DNA of 34,278 bases, taken from positions 1 through 34,278 of IMG/VR virus record IMGVR_UViG_3300012942_000096; one strand, given 5' to 3'. Below, piece by piece: positions 1 to 9,001 of the stretch; the stretch's first letter is position 1, and every line of letters starts with the position of its first letter. The position numbers were made by a program, and so were the translations under genes. This DNA is from a virus. Its lineage: Duplodnaviria > Caudoviricetes. Below the pieces are notes generated by a model that saw nothing but the letters and a program-made list of their open reading frames with translations, searched no databases and had not been told where the DNA came from.

Positions 1-42
1 CCCAACAACATTCAAAAACTCACTCACAGTTAGGAAACTGAA

Positions 43-1281
43 ATGTCTTACCACACCAGCGAATACCTGAACTCCGGCAAGATTCTTGTTGGTTGCGGCA
101 AAACCTCATGGTGGTATGACCCGCGTTTAGAGGACCCGCAAAACCCGACTCACTTCAAGAAATTCATTCCGATTAGCACCGTGCAGGAAAAGCTTTTTGG
201 TTGGGAGACCTACGAATCGGTTGAATTGCTGGCGAAGTTCGTCATCGACGGAAAAGAGTACGTTGTCCCGGTCAATTCGTATAAAGCGCTGGGGCGCGGC
301 GACTGGATCATCGACGGGGTTCCCGATACAGAAGAATCGGGCGCGGACGCGATTCTGGCAATTCAAGGTGAGTCGTATTCGGTTCACCAGCTCAAGAAAA
401 TCTTTATCCAGAACACTGCCGAAATGCTCGGCGGCGCTGATTCGCTCGGCGTGATGAGCGCCGGTCTGCTCAAGTGGGGTCGGCGCGCATGGATCACCGT
501 TTCGATTGGCGAGGATTTGCATTCGGATGCTGCCAATTTCGATTACCGGCCTTGCCTGACCGTTTCGACCAGCTTTGACGGTTCGCTTCCTACGAGCTGG
601 ACGCGCACGTTCGATTTCCCGGTGTGTGACAACACTTTGGATTACCAGCTCATGAAAGCTGGCGAAACGGGCAAATTCGTTCTCAAGCACACCAAGAATT
701 CGCTTGGCCGAATCGGTGACGCGAAAATCGCGCTTGGTTTGTTGGAGGAACAAGCCGACGTGATGGATAAAGCGCTGGCCGAATTGGTGAATGTGGAAGT
801 TTCGGAAAAGCAGTTTTACCGCTGGTTGGATGAAATGGTCCCGATTCAAGATGTTAAGGTCTCGCAAAAGCCGGTTTCCATTCAGGGTCAGACGGTAATG
901 GCCGATTCCGTTTCGACTCGCGGGCAGACAATCTCGCTCAAGAAGCGCGATCGCCTGGCAGAAATGTGGGACTCGGACCCGCGCGTGGCTCCGTGGAAAA
1001 ATACGAAGTTTGGCGTGCTGCAATTGTGGAACACATTCCAGCATCACGAAACGACCGTTAAGGGTGCCACCGCTTTGGGCTCCAAGATGGCCGCTCGCGT
1101 CGAATCGAACATGATGCGGGTCATTCGTCCCCAGGATGCAAATTCATTCGCCAGCATGGACGCCAAGGCAATGGAAAAGTTGGACGTGATCCTGGCCGAA
1201 ACGGTTTCCGTCGCCGGGGCCGCGCCAGCGGCTACCGCAACCAAGAGCCGGACGCGCAAGCAAAACCCTGCCGCCAACTAG
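43..1281 (+). CDS. DUF932 / TIGR03299-like phage-plasmid protein
   Basis: 412 aa; motifs SAGLLKWGRRAWI, TSFDGS, VCDNTL, KHTKNS recognised as typical of DUF932; SD AGGA at 32-35. Confidence 0.8.
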   Translation: MSYHTSEYLNSGKILVGCGKTSWWYDPRLEDPQNPTHFKKFIPISTVQEKLFGWETYESVELLAKFVIDGKEYVVPVNSYKALGRGDWIIDGVPDTEESGADAILAIQGESYSVHQLKKIFIQNTAEMLGGADSLGVMSAGLLKWGRRAWITVSIGEDLHSDAANFDYRPCLTVSTSFDGSLPTSWTRTFDFPVCDNTLDYQLMKAGETGKFVLKHTKNSLGRIGDAKIALGLLEEQADVMDKALAELVNVEVSEKQFYRWLDEMVPIQDVKVSQKPVSIQGQTVMADSVSTRGQTISLKKRDRLAEMWDSDPRVAPWKNTKFGVLQLWNTFQHHETTVKGATALGSKMAARVESNMMRVIRPQDANSFASMDAKAMEKLDVILAETVSVAGAAPAATATKSRTRKQNPAAN

Positions 1282-1296
1282 TCACCAGGACGAAAT

Positions 1297-1321
1297 GCCC
1301 CCGGTTCGCCGGGGGTTTTTT
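1297..1321 (+). terminator. Rho-independent terminator
   Basis: GCCCCCGG-TTCG-CCGGGGGT followed by a T run, just after the DUF932 stop. Confidence 0.9.
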
Positions 1322-1384
1322 CGTGTCTCAATTCATTGTGATTCCAGATGGTTTCAAGAATGATTCTGGAGCGGTTCATCTTGC

Positions 1385-1471
1385 ATCGCTATCGCTGCTT
1401 ATTTGTTCGCGCATCATGAGTCACATCAATTACACGCATGAATCGCTATAGAATCTTAAATGTTCGCGCAT
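1385..1471. repeat. Degenerate direct repeat with 57-bp period
   Basis: ATCGCTAT-N5-CTTA-N2-TGTTCGCGCAT at 1385-1414 and 1442-1471. Confidence 0.7.
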
Positions 1472-1499
1472 GGATTTCAAACCGTTATGGAAAAACCTT

Positions 1500-1527
1500 T
1501 TGCATCCGCTGGCGGGTATGTTAGGGT
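1500..1527 (+). promoter_or_regulatory. SigA-like promoter
   Basis: TTGCAT-N16-TAGGGT with extended TGn; same pattern as 8218-8246. Confidence 0.65.
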
Positions 1528-1571
1528 AATGGTGTTAGCAAGTTCACCGAGCTAGAGAACGGAAAAGCCTA

Positions 1572-1781
1572 ATGTCTGATCGTACCGTCAAAGACTTCAA
1601 AGTTGGAGATGATATCGAAACTCATCCCGCCACCGACGCTTGGATGCAGGGGGATAGATTCGGGACAGTTTCAAAACTTGGTATGAAATACGTTTATGTT
1701 GACATGCATCGCAGCGGCAAGACGCGCAAGTTTCTGCCTGGAGACTTGATTGTCAAAACGGAAGTCGGAGACCATGATTAG
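1572..1781 (+). CDS. Small SH3/KOW-like hypothetical protein
   Basis: 69 aa with FKVGD...GTV...YVYV beta pattern; first gene after the promoter. Confidence 0.7.
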   Translation: MSDRTVKDFKVGDDIETHPATDAWMQGDRFGTVSKLGMKYVYVDMHRSGKTRKFLPGDLIVKTEVGDHD

Positions 1782-1923
1782 AGAAGCGATTAATGCCAAT
1801 CGACCGTGGGAAGCAATTCGGCATTTTCAAGACCTTGATGAATGGCAGAAAGGAGGTAACTTGAATCTTTTTCTTAACATCATCGTCGTCACGGTTGTTG
1901 CCGTGGTTCTTCTAAAAAACTAA
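1774..1923 (+). CDS. Small membrane peptide (49 aa, or 20 aa from TTG 1861)
   Basis: Read manually; ends ...LNLFLNIIVVTVVAVVLLKN*; AAAGGAGGT precedes the in-frame TTG at 1861. Confidence 0.5.
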   Translation: MIREAINANRPWEAIRHFQDLDEWQKGGNLNLFLNIIVVTVVAVVLLKN

Positions 1924-2016
1924 ATACAAGTAAAATTTGGTTCTGCCGTACTGGTGCGGTACACCAGTGACCAGCCCAAAAAGCTGTCCCTTTTCCTCAT
2001 GGAAAGAGAAACAACG

Positions 2017-2364
2017 ATGTTCGATCAGCCTAAGTCCCGCTCACTCGTTTACGGTACCAACACTGAATTGTTGGGAATGTATTCTGAACTTGTAGACGAT
2101 TCTACTTTTATTGTTCGCACTCGTCGCACATTAAATGGCGAAAAGATTTTGGTGGATATTGCTGAAATCTCCCAAAATGGTTCTTTCCAGAACGAAACCC
2201 TCAATCAGGCCCGCCAGGCTGCGCGACATTTTGGCGCGGCCAGCGTGGACGCGAGCATTCTCTACTACGGTCTCGCGTCCGACCGCAAAGTCTCGCATGG
2301 CGATGGTACGGTTAGCCTCGTGAAAGTTCGTCGCTCCGCATTCGCATTCGCCGGTGTAGCATAA
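2017..2364 (+). CDS. Hypothetical protein
   Basis: ORF track 1954..2364; ATG 2017 preferred because GAAAGAG lies upstream. Confidence 0.7.
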   Translation: MFDQPKSRSLVYGTNTELLGMYSELVDDSTFIVRTRRTLNGEKILVDIAEISQNGSFQNETLNQARQAARHFGAASVDASILYYGLASDRKVSHGDGTVSLVKVRRSAFAFAGVA

Positions 2365-2388
2365 CAACAGATAAGGAAAATCAAAATC

Positions 2389-2577
2389 ATGCCTGGTCCC
2401 CTTTCTGCTCCGAACGGTAACGGTCACCTGTGTAATCGTAGCCCGCAAGACAGCGCGCGAATCAATACCGGTAAAACTGCATTGAAGAAAAAGCAAATCG
2501 AACGCCATGAAATTATATCAATCCGAAAGCAACAAAAGATGAGTCGCGCCCGTCTTGAACGGGAGAACGAATCATGA
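2389..2577 (+). CDS. Small basic hypothetical protein
   Basis: SD AAGGA; ATGA overlap with the next gene. Confidence 0.65.
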   Translation: MPGPLSAPNGNGHLCNRSPQDSARINTGKTALKKKQIERHEIISIRKQQKMSRARLERENES

Positions 2578-2954
2578 CAACTGCGCGCAAAGTTCGACAG
2601 ATACTTGGTTCGATTTTCTTTGGTGGTTTAATTGGAGCTGGTTTAACAGCTATCGCAATCTGCCGTGGCGGGTTAGCTCACGCCGATGCTGATAATGACA
2701 AGGCGTTTCTTTATGAAGTGAGCCAGCTTCCCTATGTAACCATTATCGACGGTCCAGACGTAATCCGAAAAGCACGCGAGGGTTGCATGGCTGCAATGTA
2801 TGAACAAAATCCGAGTCGCGTTGCAGAAGTAATGTGGCCCTTTGCAAAAGCACTCACTGCTAAGCAAATTGGCGCGGTCGCATACATTGCCGCCGAGCAC
2901 TATTGTCCTGTCGTGCTGACATACGATAGCGTCAGGGGCGGGGCTGTCATATGA
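2574..2954 (+). CDS. DUF732-like secreted protein
   Basis: Signal/TM segment ending AHAD, then D..FL..V, C...AAEHYCP pattern of mycobacterial DUF732. Confidence 0.75.
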   Translation: MTTARKVRQILGSIFFGGLIGAGLTAIAICRGGLAHADADNDKAFLYEVSQLPYVTIIDGPDVIRKAREGCMAAMYEQNPSRVAEVMWPFAKALTAKQIGAVAYIAAEHYCPVVLTYDSVRGGAVI

Positions 2955-3124
2955 GCACTCCGGTATGGGAGCACCGCATTGCACAAGATGTAAAGGTCGG
3001 AGATGTAACTAAATACGGAAAGGTGAAAAAGAAGGAAAAAGGTACATTTACATTGTTGTTCACATTCACTGATGGAACAACATTGAACCGACACAAGTTC
3101 GCACCGATAGAAGTGGAGTCGTAA
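2951..3124 (+). CDS. Hypothetical protein (57 aa)
   Basis: Read manually: MSTPVWEHRIAQDVKVGDV...; ATGA-coupled and fills the gap. Confidence 0.7.
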   Translation: MSTPVWEHRIAQDVKVGDVTKYGKVKKKEKGTFTLLFTFTDGTTLNRHKFAPIEVES

Positions 3125-3127
3125 AAC

Positions 3128-3418
3128 ATGACAGTTACATATGAAACGAGATTCGATAATGGCAATGTTGTAAGCCTGGACTATCCGACCGCTCAGCCTG
3201 AAAGCGTGGTTAAACAAGAAGCGTGGGACACAGCGATAGAGCACGAAATTGCAGAACGAGGTAGAAACAAGATTGTTTCTGTTTCGCTTCTTTCCCCTGC
3301 CAAGTCGCTTCCGAAAAAGCGCCAGCCACGCCTGAAGGTAACCAAAGAAATAAACGATGCAGCGAAACGCGGTAAAAAAGAACCGACGTTCAATTCACTG
3401 CAAAGTTTGCTTCCGTAG
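3128..3418 (+). CDS. Hypothetical protein
   Basis: 96 aa; GGAGTCG upstream. Confidence 0.7.
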   Translation: MTVTYETRFDNGNVVSLDYPTAQPESVVKQEAWDTAIEHEIAERGRNKIVSVSLLSPAKSLPKKRQPRLKVTKEINDAAKRGKKEPTFNSLQSLLP

Positions 3419-3434
3419 GAATTAGGTGGAGTCG

Positions 3435-3860
3435 GTGAGCAAGCGCAAATATGAACCAGGATCATTTGTTCCATGTTCACCAAAACACAAGCATTGCTCA
3501 CCGGCTCATACTCAGCTCGTGGCGGGCTATCGAGAAGAACGAGCCCGCCAGGAGATTTTGTTAGAAAATGAAACCGGCAATTATGCGGGAGATTTGAAAT
3601 GGCACAAGGAGAACGGCAAGACCATAATCACGTTCAAAACGTGGTTGAAGTCGAACAAAAAGACAGAGGAATATATGATGGTTCGCCCTGTCAAAAATGT
3701 GGCTCCTACGGTTATTGTTATTTCCCCCACGCATGCGGAGGGTATCCAAAATGAGTACAAAAACGAAGAAGATTTTGACGATATTGGCATTGCTTTTGGC
3801 GATGGCTCTTGGCCTGTTTTTGGTCAGCCGCGCACCGGTCGCGATGGCCGATCCGCCTAG
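3435..3860 (+). CDS. Hypothetical protein
   Basis: GTG after AGGTGGAGTCG; 3' end overlaps the next gene by about 110 bp. Confidence 0.65.
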   Translation: MSKRKYEPGSFVPCSPKHKHCSPAHTQLVAGYREERARQEILLENETGNYAGDLKWHKENGKTIITFKTWLKSNKKTEEYMMVRPVKNVAPTVIVISPTHAEGIQNEYKNEEDFDDIGIAFGDGSWPVFGQPRTGRDGRSA

Positions 3861-4020
3861 CTATTGCCAAATCACGCCAGGAGTGCCGGTGTGGTCGAAC
3901 CCCTGCTATGCGGTCGCGCCACCCTGGAATGACCCGAACTGGTCGCCCACCAACGGCGTGCCGGGCAAATGGGGGCCGGGAGGATACACGCCATGCGACA
4001 AGCCCAGCGGCTTTTGCTGA
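3751..4020 (+). CDS. Secreted Pro/Gly/Cys-rich protein
   Basis: SD GGAGG; signal peptide ending AMA-DP; GC-rich coding. Confidence 0.75.
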   Translation: MSTKTKKILTILALLLAMALGLFLVSRAPVAMADPPSYCQITPGVPVWSNPCYAVAPPWNDPNWSPTNGVPGKWGPGGYTPCDKPSGFC

Positions 4021-4295
4021 GTGTCACGGTGGCCGCTTTGGTCGCCGGGTGCTCAGGCTACGAGGGACCACGACAAGGTTTAGTTACTGGAAAACATTTT
4101 GACGAGGGATATACAACACTTATTACTATGCCTTGTGGTAAAAGTACGTGCTTAGTTCCAGAGTATATCCCTCCCGCTTACTATTTACATATTAAAGGCG
4201 CTAAAAGTGAAGGTGAAATGCCTGTAGATGTAAGCGAATACAATGACTATAAAATAAATCACTGTTATCCTCATTCTTTTGAAGGTCGGTGTTAA
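3993..4295 (+). CDS. Putative lipoprotein
   Basis: SD GGGAGG; lipobox LVAG-C. Confidence 0.7.
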   Translation: MRQAQRLLLSVTVAALVAGCSGYEGPRQGLVTGKHFDEGYTTLITMPCGKSTCLVPEYIPPAYYLHIKGAKSEGEMPVDVSEYNDYKINHCYPHSFEGRC

Positions 4296-4447
4296 TAATG
4301 GATTATTTTGTTAAGGTAATGATTGTAGTAGTTACAGTTTGGGTTATGGTCGGTGCATAAATGGCCGGGGAAAGCCAGTGTTTTGCTTGCGGATCGTTTT
4401 ATTTCTGTCTAGAACCAAGTTCAAATAGATGCAGAACGAGGATAGAA

Positions 4448-4603
4448 ATGGATAAAGATAGGCCAAAAATTCACGGATTGTCATTTAGGTTCACGCATCC
4501 TACGGCCAGTGTGCTCGACACATTAGAACATGAAATAGAAGTATTTTGTAAGAACCATGGCATTGGGATTGAGTGGCAAGACAAGTACGAAATTCCGACT
4601 TGA
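4448..4603 (+). CDS. Hypothetical protein
   Basis: GAGGA SD before ATG 4448, within track ORF 4361..4603. Confidence 0.55.
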   Translation: MDKDRPKIHGLSFRFTHPTASVLDTLEHEIEVFCKNHGIGIEWQDKYEIPT

Positions 4604-4748
4604 CACTAAGCATGATGACAGGCCAATTAACCTTGCGTGGGGAACCCATAGAGATAACGCAAGAGATAGAGTTAAAAATAATCTGATGAAATTTCGTTCT
4701 TATGATATTAGAGGCGAATATGGCCGCGTGCTTGGAGAGGGCTCTTAG
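4599..4748 (+). pseudogene. C-terminal remnant of an HNH endonuclease
   Basis: ...DDRPINLAWGTHRDNARDRVKN resembles the NLxWGTxxxNxxD end of phage HNH domains; no credible start or N-terminal half. Confidence 0.55.
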
Positions 4749-4778
4749 CAAAAATTTATGAAATTTCACGCATTTGGC

Positions 4779-4787
4779 TGATATAAT
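4779..4787 (+). promoter_or_regulatory. Extended -10 promoter, leaderless transcript
   Basis: TGA-TATAAT, 6 nt, then ATG 4794; no SD. Confidence 0.65.
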
Positions 4788-4793
4788 TGACCT

Positions 4794-5054
4794 ATGACCC
4801 AACCCAGTATCCCCGAACCGATTGGCGCAGTCCACTACGAGCTACCGCGCGGCGGATTCGCCAGGGAAGACCCCATAGTCTACAATTCGCCGAAACATTC
4901 GGTCGTCCGAAGCTCAATTGTCGTTTACGTAGATAACATCACACAAGCGAATGCTCTCATGAGCCGGTGGGATGAAATCATGAAAGCCGCATCTGACAAG
5001 GTTGATGAAATCTTTTCTCAGTTGCAGCAAGATGTTGAAGTGCCCAGTGGGTAA
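4794..5054 (+). CDS. Hypothetical protein
   Basis: 86 aa ORF after the promoter. Confidence 0.7.
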   Translation: MTQPSIPEPIGAVHYELPRGGFAREDPIVYNSPKHSVVRSSIVVYVDNITQANALMSRWDEIMKAASDKVDEIFSQLQQDVEVPSG

Positions 5055-5346
5055 CGTAATTGGGTTTACGCCGGTACCTGACGATAAACCCCTAGAAGAA
5101 TTCATTAATGAACTCATCGAACGCGATGCTGAATTTTGGAAAGAAAAAATAGAAGAAATAGAAGACGTAATTAGCCAGTTTGAAGAAAATGGTGATCCAT
5201 TTACTTTTGCCTATGCTGGTCTACTCAATCATTTAAATAGCGCAACGCCAGATAGTGTAATAACTCAAAAGGAATTAGTTCATCTTTGTGCTTCTGCTCT
5301 TTGGAACACAATTCTAGAAAGAAAGTATAGGAAGAACGAATCATAA
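5047..5346 (+). CDS. Hypothetical protein (start uncertain)
   Basis: Track ORF 5002..5346; GTG 5047 minimises overlap; TAATG coupling downstream. Confidence 0.6.
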   Translation: MGNVIGFTPVPDDKPLEEFINELIERDAEFWKEKIEEIEDVISQFEENGDPFTFAYAGLLNHLNSATPDSVITQKELVHLCASALWNTILERKYRKNES

Positions 5347-5894
5347 TGGAACACAAGTCAGAGAAGATGGCAAACCTGGCAATCTCTGAGGGTTGGAAAG
5401 CGCAAGTTAAGCCAACCATTCCCGAAAGTAAAAGATACGACGAAATCATTTGGGATTTATTTTGTGTTCGTGGCGAAGAAACGCTTCAAGTTGTTTTTAT
5501 GGGCAATCGCCAGGTCGAAGCAACTCATACGTATATGGGGCGGTCTACACACCCGCCACACAAGGCCGCAGTTATTCGAGTGCTTACCGGCAAGCCTGAC
5601 TTAAAGAAGGTTTCAAAACAAGCACTAGAGAAAGTAATTGAAGTTAGAGATATTCCATTCGATATGGACTCTCCTGCGCTCGATATTCTCAAGTGCGTTA
5701 TCGGAAAAGATATAACTTGGGTGCGCAAGCTTGACGGTGAAGTAATTAACAGTTCGATTCCGCGTATTCAAGACACTAATCCGAAATATCTTAGAGTGCT
5801 CTCGTCAGTTACGACAGGACGACGCATTCTCGAATGGCAGGACCGCGAGGGATTTCACGCGGTGGGCCTTGACCAGATTGTGAATGTTGCATAA
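5346..5894 (+). CDS. Hypothetical protein
   Basis: 182 aa, tightly packed between neighbours. Confidence 0.8.
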   Translation: MEHKSEKMANLAISEGWKAQVKPTIPESKRYDEIIWDLFCVRGEETLQVVFMGNRQVEATHTYMGRSTHPPHKAAVIRVLTGKPDLKKVSKQALEKVIEVRDIPFDMDSPALDILKCVIGKDITWVRKLDGEVINSSIPRIQDTNPKYLRVLSSVTTGRRILEWQDREGFHAVGLDQIVNVA

Positions 5895-7832
5895 ATGACT
5901 GAAAAGTGGCGAATGGGCCTGCACTCAGTTAAACAACGTATTTGGTTAACGTTTCCCTATGATCCTAGTGGAAATGTACGCGATGCTTTAAAAGCAAAAA
6001 CCCAAGGTGCCCGTTGGGATAAAAAAGAAAAACTGTGGCACTTCCCGTTAGACCTAGAGGTTGGTCGTGACATTGTTGACATTGCGCGTAGGTTTGGTGC
6101 CGGGATTAGGGTAGAGCCAGAGCTTGTCTCATGGGTCAAAAAAGAAAAAGCTAGACAAAAACTTATTATACAACCAGATGATTTAACAGCTGATATGTCA
6201 GGGTTGCTACCACGACTTCGCAAGGTTCGACCGGATTTGATAGCTGCAATGGAAAAAAATCCATGGCAGATAAGTGGAGCTGCTTTCATAGCACAACAGA
6301 GATGTGTTCTTAATGCAGATGACCCAGGTTCGGGGAAAACGATCCAAACTCTTGCTGCATTAGAAGAAGTTAACGTACGCGGCGCAATACTTGTTATAGC
6401 TCCAAAGTCTGCTGTAGCTGTGACATGGCCCAATGAAATTGCCCAATGGTTAGGACCGCAAGAAGTTGTTATCAAAATTAATACTGAACTTAAGCCGAAA
6501 GAGCGATCAATTTTTATTACTGCTGTCAAAGATCGGTTACGGCAAAACCCCCAAGAACGAATTTGGGTGGTATGTGGGCCTAACTACCTTCGTATTCGTG
6601 CTGACCTGGATGACTATGGAAATTATATCTATGACGAACGGGGAAAGAAATGCATCTACTCTGTTAACGAGGCTGTCCCTGAGCTTTTTGATATTTCTTG
6701 GTCTGCAATTATTGTCGATGAGTCTCATCAAGCTTTGGCAATATCTCGGGGGGATAAAAAGAAATGGTCAGCACAACGATTAGGATTGTCTGCGCTCACC
6801 GCTGAACCTGGCGGGTTTCGCATTGCCATGAGTGGCACTCCATTTCGAGGTAAAACCGAAAATATGTGGGGAACGCTTCAATGGATAAATCCAGATAGAT
6901 ATACGTCTATTTGGAACTGGAACAAGCGTCACTATGGAGTGCTTGACCTTTCAAATATTGGTGGTTCTGGTTACGTAAAAGGCGATACCGTTCTTGACGA
7001 AAAGAAATTTTTTAGAGAGCTTCGACCTATTCTCATTCGACGCACCAAGGCTGAAATTGCCCCCTGGTTACCTCCTAAGCAGTACGAGGGTACCCACCTA
7101 GACCCGGCTGACGACTCATCACCTAAAGCGGTATGGCTGCCGATGACAACAAAACAGAAGAAACAATATCAAGATGTAGTTAGTGATGCCTGTCTTCATC
7201 TTGAACTTGATGAGATGAACGTCAATGGTGTTTTAGCAGAAATGATACGATTTAAGCAACTGGCGAACGGCTGTCTTAAGTCGGGCCACTGGGACAATGA
7301 ACCAGAGATGACCTTGCCGTCTAATAAATTTGATTGGATTGTTGATTTTATCTATGAACGACAAACCGCAGGAACAAAAGTTATTGTTGCATCACAATTC
7401 ACAAAGTTTTTAGACCTTGTCTCCGCAGAACTTACCAAAAAGCGTCTGGGACATTATTTGTTCACCGGTGGAACAGGATCGAAAGAACGAGCCAAGATTA
7501 AAAAAGAATTCCAATCAGACTCAGGAGAAATGTTAATTCTCTTGAATACCATTGCTGGTGGAACGTCTCTAACATTAGATGCTGCTGATGATGTAGTAAT
7601 TTGCGATCAAACGTGGATACCCGATGACCAAACACAGGTCGAAGATCGAGCACACAGAATTAGTCGTGTTCATAATGTAAAGATTTGGAACCTGGCAAGC
7701 CTCGGAACAATAGATGAAGATATAGCGATTCTTAATGCACAGCGTAAACAAGCTACCTCAATTATTGATACTCAACGCAATATCAATGTGAAACGTCTTC
7801 TTTCCATGACAAAACAAAGGGTAGCGGCATGA
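5895..7832 (+). CDS. SNF2-family (SF2) DNA helicase
   Basis: DDPGSGKT, IIVDESH, MSGTP, SLTLDAAD, QVEDRAHRI motifs. Confidence 0.95.
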   Translation: MTEKWRMGLHSVKQRIWLTFPYDPSGNVRDALKAKTQGARWDKKEKLWHFPLDLEVGRDIVDIARRFGAGIRVEPELVSWVKKEKARQKLIIQPDDLTADMSGLLPRLRKVRPDLIAAMEKNPWQISGAAFIAQQRCVLNADDPGSGKTIQTLAALEEVNVRGAILVIAPKSAVAVTWPNEIAQWLGPQEVVIKINTELKPKERSIFITAVKDRLRQNPQERIWVVCGPNYLRIRADLDDYGNYIYDERGKKCIYSVNEAVPELFDISWSAIIVDESHQALAISRGDKKKWSAQRLGLSALTAEPGGFRIAMSGTPFRGKTENMWGTLQWINPDRYTSIWNWNKRHYGVLDLSNIGGSGYVKGDTVLDEKKFFRELRPILIRRTKAEIAPWLPPKQYEGTHLDPADDSSPKAVWLPMTTKQKKQYQDVVSDACLHLELDEMNVNGVLAEMIRFKQLANGCLKSGHWDNEPEMTLPSNKFDWIVDFIYERQTAGTKVIVASQFTKFLDLVSAELTKKRLGHYLFTGGTGSKERAKIKKEFQSDSGEMLILLNTIAGGTSLTLDAADDVVICDQTWIPDDQTQVEDRAHRISRVHNVKIWNLASLGTIDEDIAILNAQRKQATSIIDTQRNINVKRLLSMTKQRVAA

Positions 7833-8215
7833 TAGATGGCATCTCCGTTTTAGATATTATCGTGGATTCATTTAGCCTTCTTCTTTGTATAAGTTTGACA
7901 ATTCTTCTTGTCAGAAGTATTCGCAAACTTGACCAACAAGGCGAATTACTTGGTATCGCGATAAATCTTTTACAAACTGCTGTTCCTTTGATTCGAGAGG
8001 AAACCAAGAGAAAAGTAGCTCATACGGAGGCTTTTGAGCGGCTGGCCGACCCCGAGACGATTGTGGAAGATATGGAGCGGGCCGCAGATATCCTAGAAGC
8101 CCGCCAGGCGAATCGTCTGACAATGCCTCGTGAGGATGCGGGACGACCGGCGCGAGTGTTCCGGCCAAAGTTTTCCGGCAAGCGTGCAAGTTTCTGGAAT
8201 CCACCGCGCCCATAG
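7829..8215 (+). CDS. Membrane-anchored hypothetical protein
   Basis: N-terminal hydrophobic helix; ATGA overlap. Confidence 0.7.
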   Translation: MIDGISVLDIIVDSFSLLLCISLTILLVRSIRKLDQQGELLGIAINLLQTAVPLIREETKRKVAHTEAFERLADPETIVEDMERAADILEARQANRLTMPREDAGRPARVFRPKFSGKRASFWNPPRP

Positions 8216-8217
8216 GC

Positions 8218-8246
8218 TTGCATTCGGTCATGGAATTCGGTAGGTT
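8218..8246 (+). promoter_or_regulatory. SigA-like promoter
   Basis: TTGCAT-N17-TAGGTT. Confidence 0.7.
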
Positions 8247-8311
8247 AATAAGTGAACCGGACAACAGAAGTCGTCCAGCACTAACGAAACAAACCGAGCA
8301 TAGGAGATACC

Positions 8312-8833
8312 ATGACTGACACTCTAGAAGCCCCGGCGAACGCCGCCGACGAGACCGAGACCGAGACCAAGGGTAAGCGCGGTCGCACTCGCGATTTCAC
8401 CAAGTCGAGTGAGTATTACGACAAGTTGGCCGAATTTGCGAATTCCAATTCGGATTGGCAGGCTGCGGGTCTTGGCACCGTGACTCCTCTTCAGATTAAG
8501 GCAGTTCTTGCACTGCGTACCGATTTCGCCAATTTGCCTGAGCAAAAGGCCGCGCGTGAGCGGGCCAAGGCTGAGCGTGAGGCGGAAGCCAAGAAGTACG
8601 AGGGCATGAGCGATGAGCAGATCAAGGCTGCAAAGGCTGCTGCTCGCGCCGAGAAGCAGGCCGCAAAGTTCAAGGCCAAGGCTGATGAGGCAATTGCCAA
8701 GGCTGAGCAGCTTAAGGCTGCCGCGTCTGGCTCTGCCGAGGATTTGGCTGCGGTAGTTGCTTCTGCCCAGGAAAATGCTGAGAGCACCGAAACCGAAAGT
8801 GAGCCCAAGCGGCGAGGGCTGCGCCGCAAGTAA
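8312..8833 (+). CDS. Ala/Lys/Glu-rich coiled-coil protein, possibly nucleic-acid binding
   Basis: SD AGGAG; host-like codons (AAG/GAG/GCC); KRGR motif and basic C-terminus. Confidence 0.85.
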   Translation: MTDTLEAPANAADETETETKGKRGRTRDFTKSSEYYDKLAEFANSNSDWQAAGLGTVTPLQIKAVLALRTDFANLPEQKAARERAKAEREAEAKKYEGMSDEQIKAAKAAARAEKQAAKFKAKADEAIAKAEQLKAAASGSAEDLAAVVASAQENAESTETESEPKRRGLRRK

Positions 8834-8839
8834 ATTCCA

Positions 8840-9001
8840 ATGTCAGACAGATAGCCATTACGCAAACAAAATCTGATAACGGAATGGGACGCAAACGAGT
8901 GAATCCGTATAATCGTTGTATCGCTCGTTTGCGCTCTCAAACCTACAGGGTCGTTCTACTCCGTTCTCCCCTGTAGGTCTGAGGGCAAAAAGCCCAGACA
9001 T
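8840..9001 (+). ncRNA. Candidate three-hairpin small RNA (RNA-1)
   Basis: Stems 8855-62/8880-87, 8890-8902/8921-33, 8934-50/8969-85 with 17-18 nt loops; G-U pairs favour the + strand. Confidence 0.6.

Noticed and set aside
1992-2001. 10-nt complement to the HNH RBS region 21602-21611
   Set aside because: Single match, and the sequence is already explained by a local cis hairpin; likely chance
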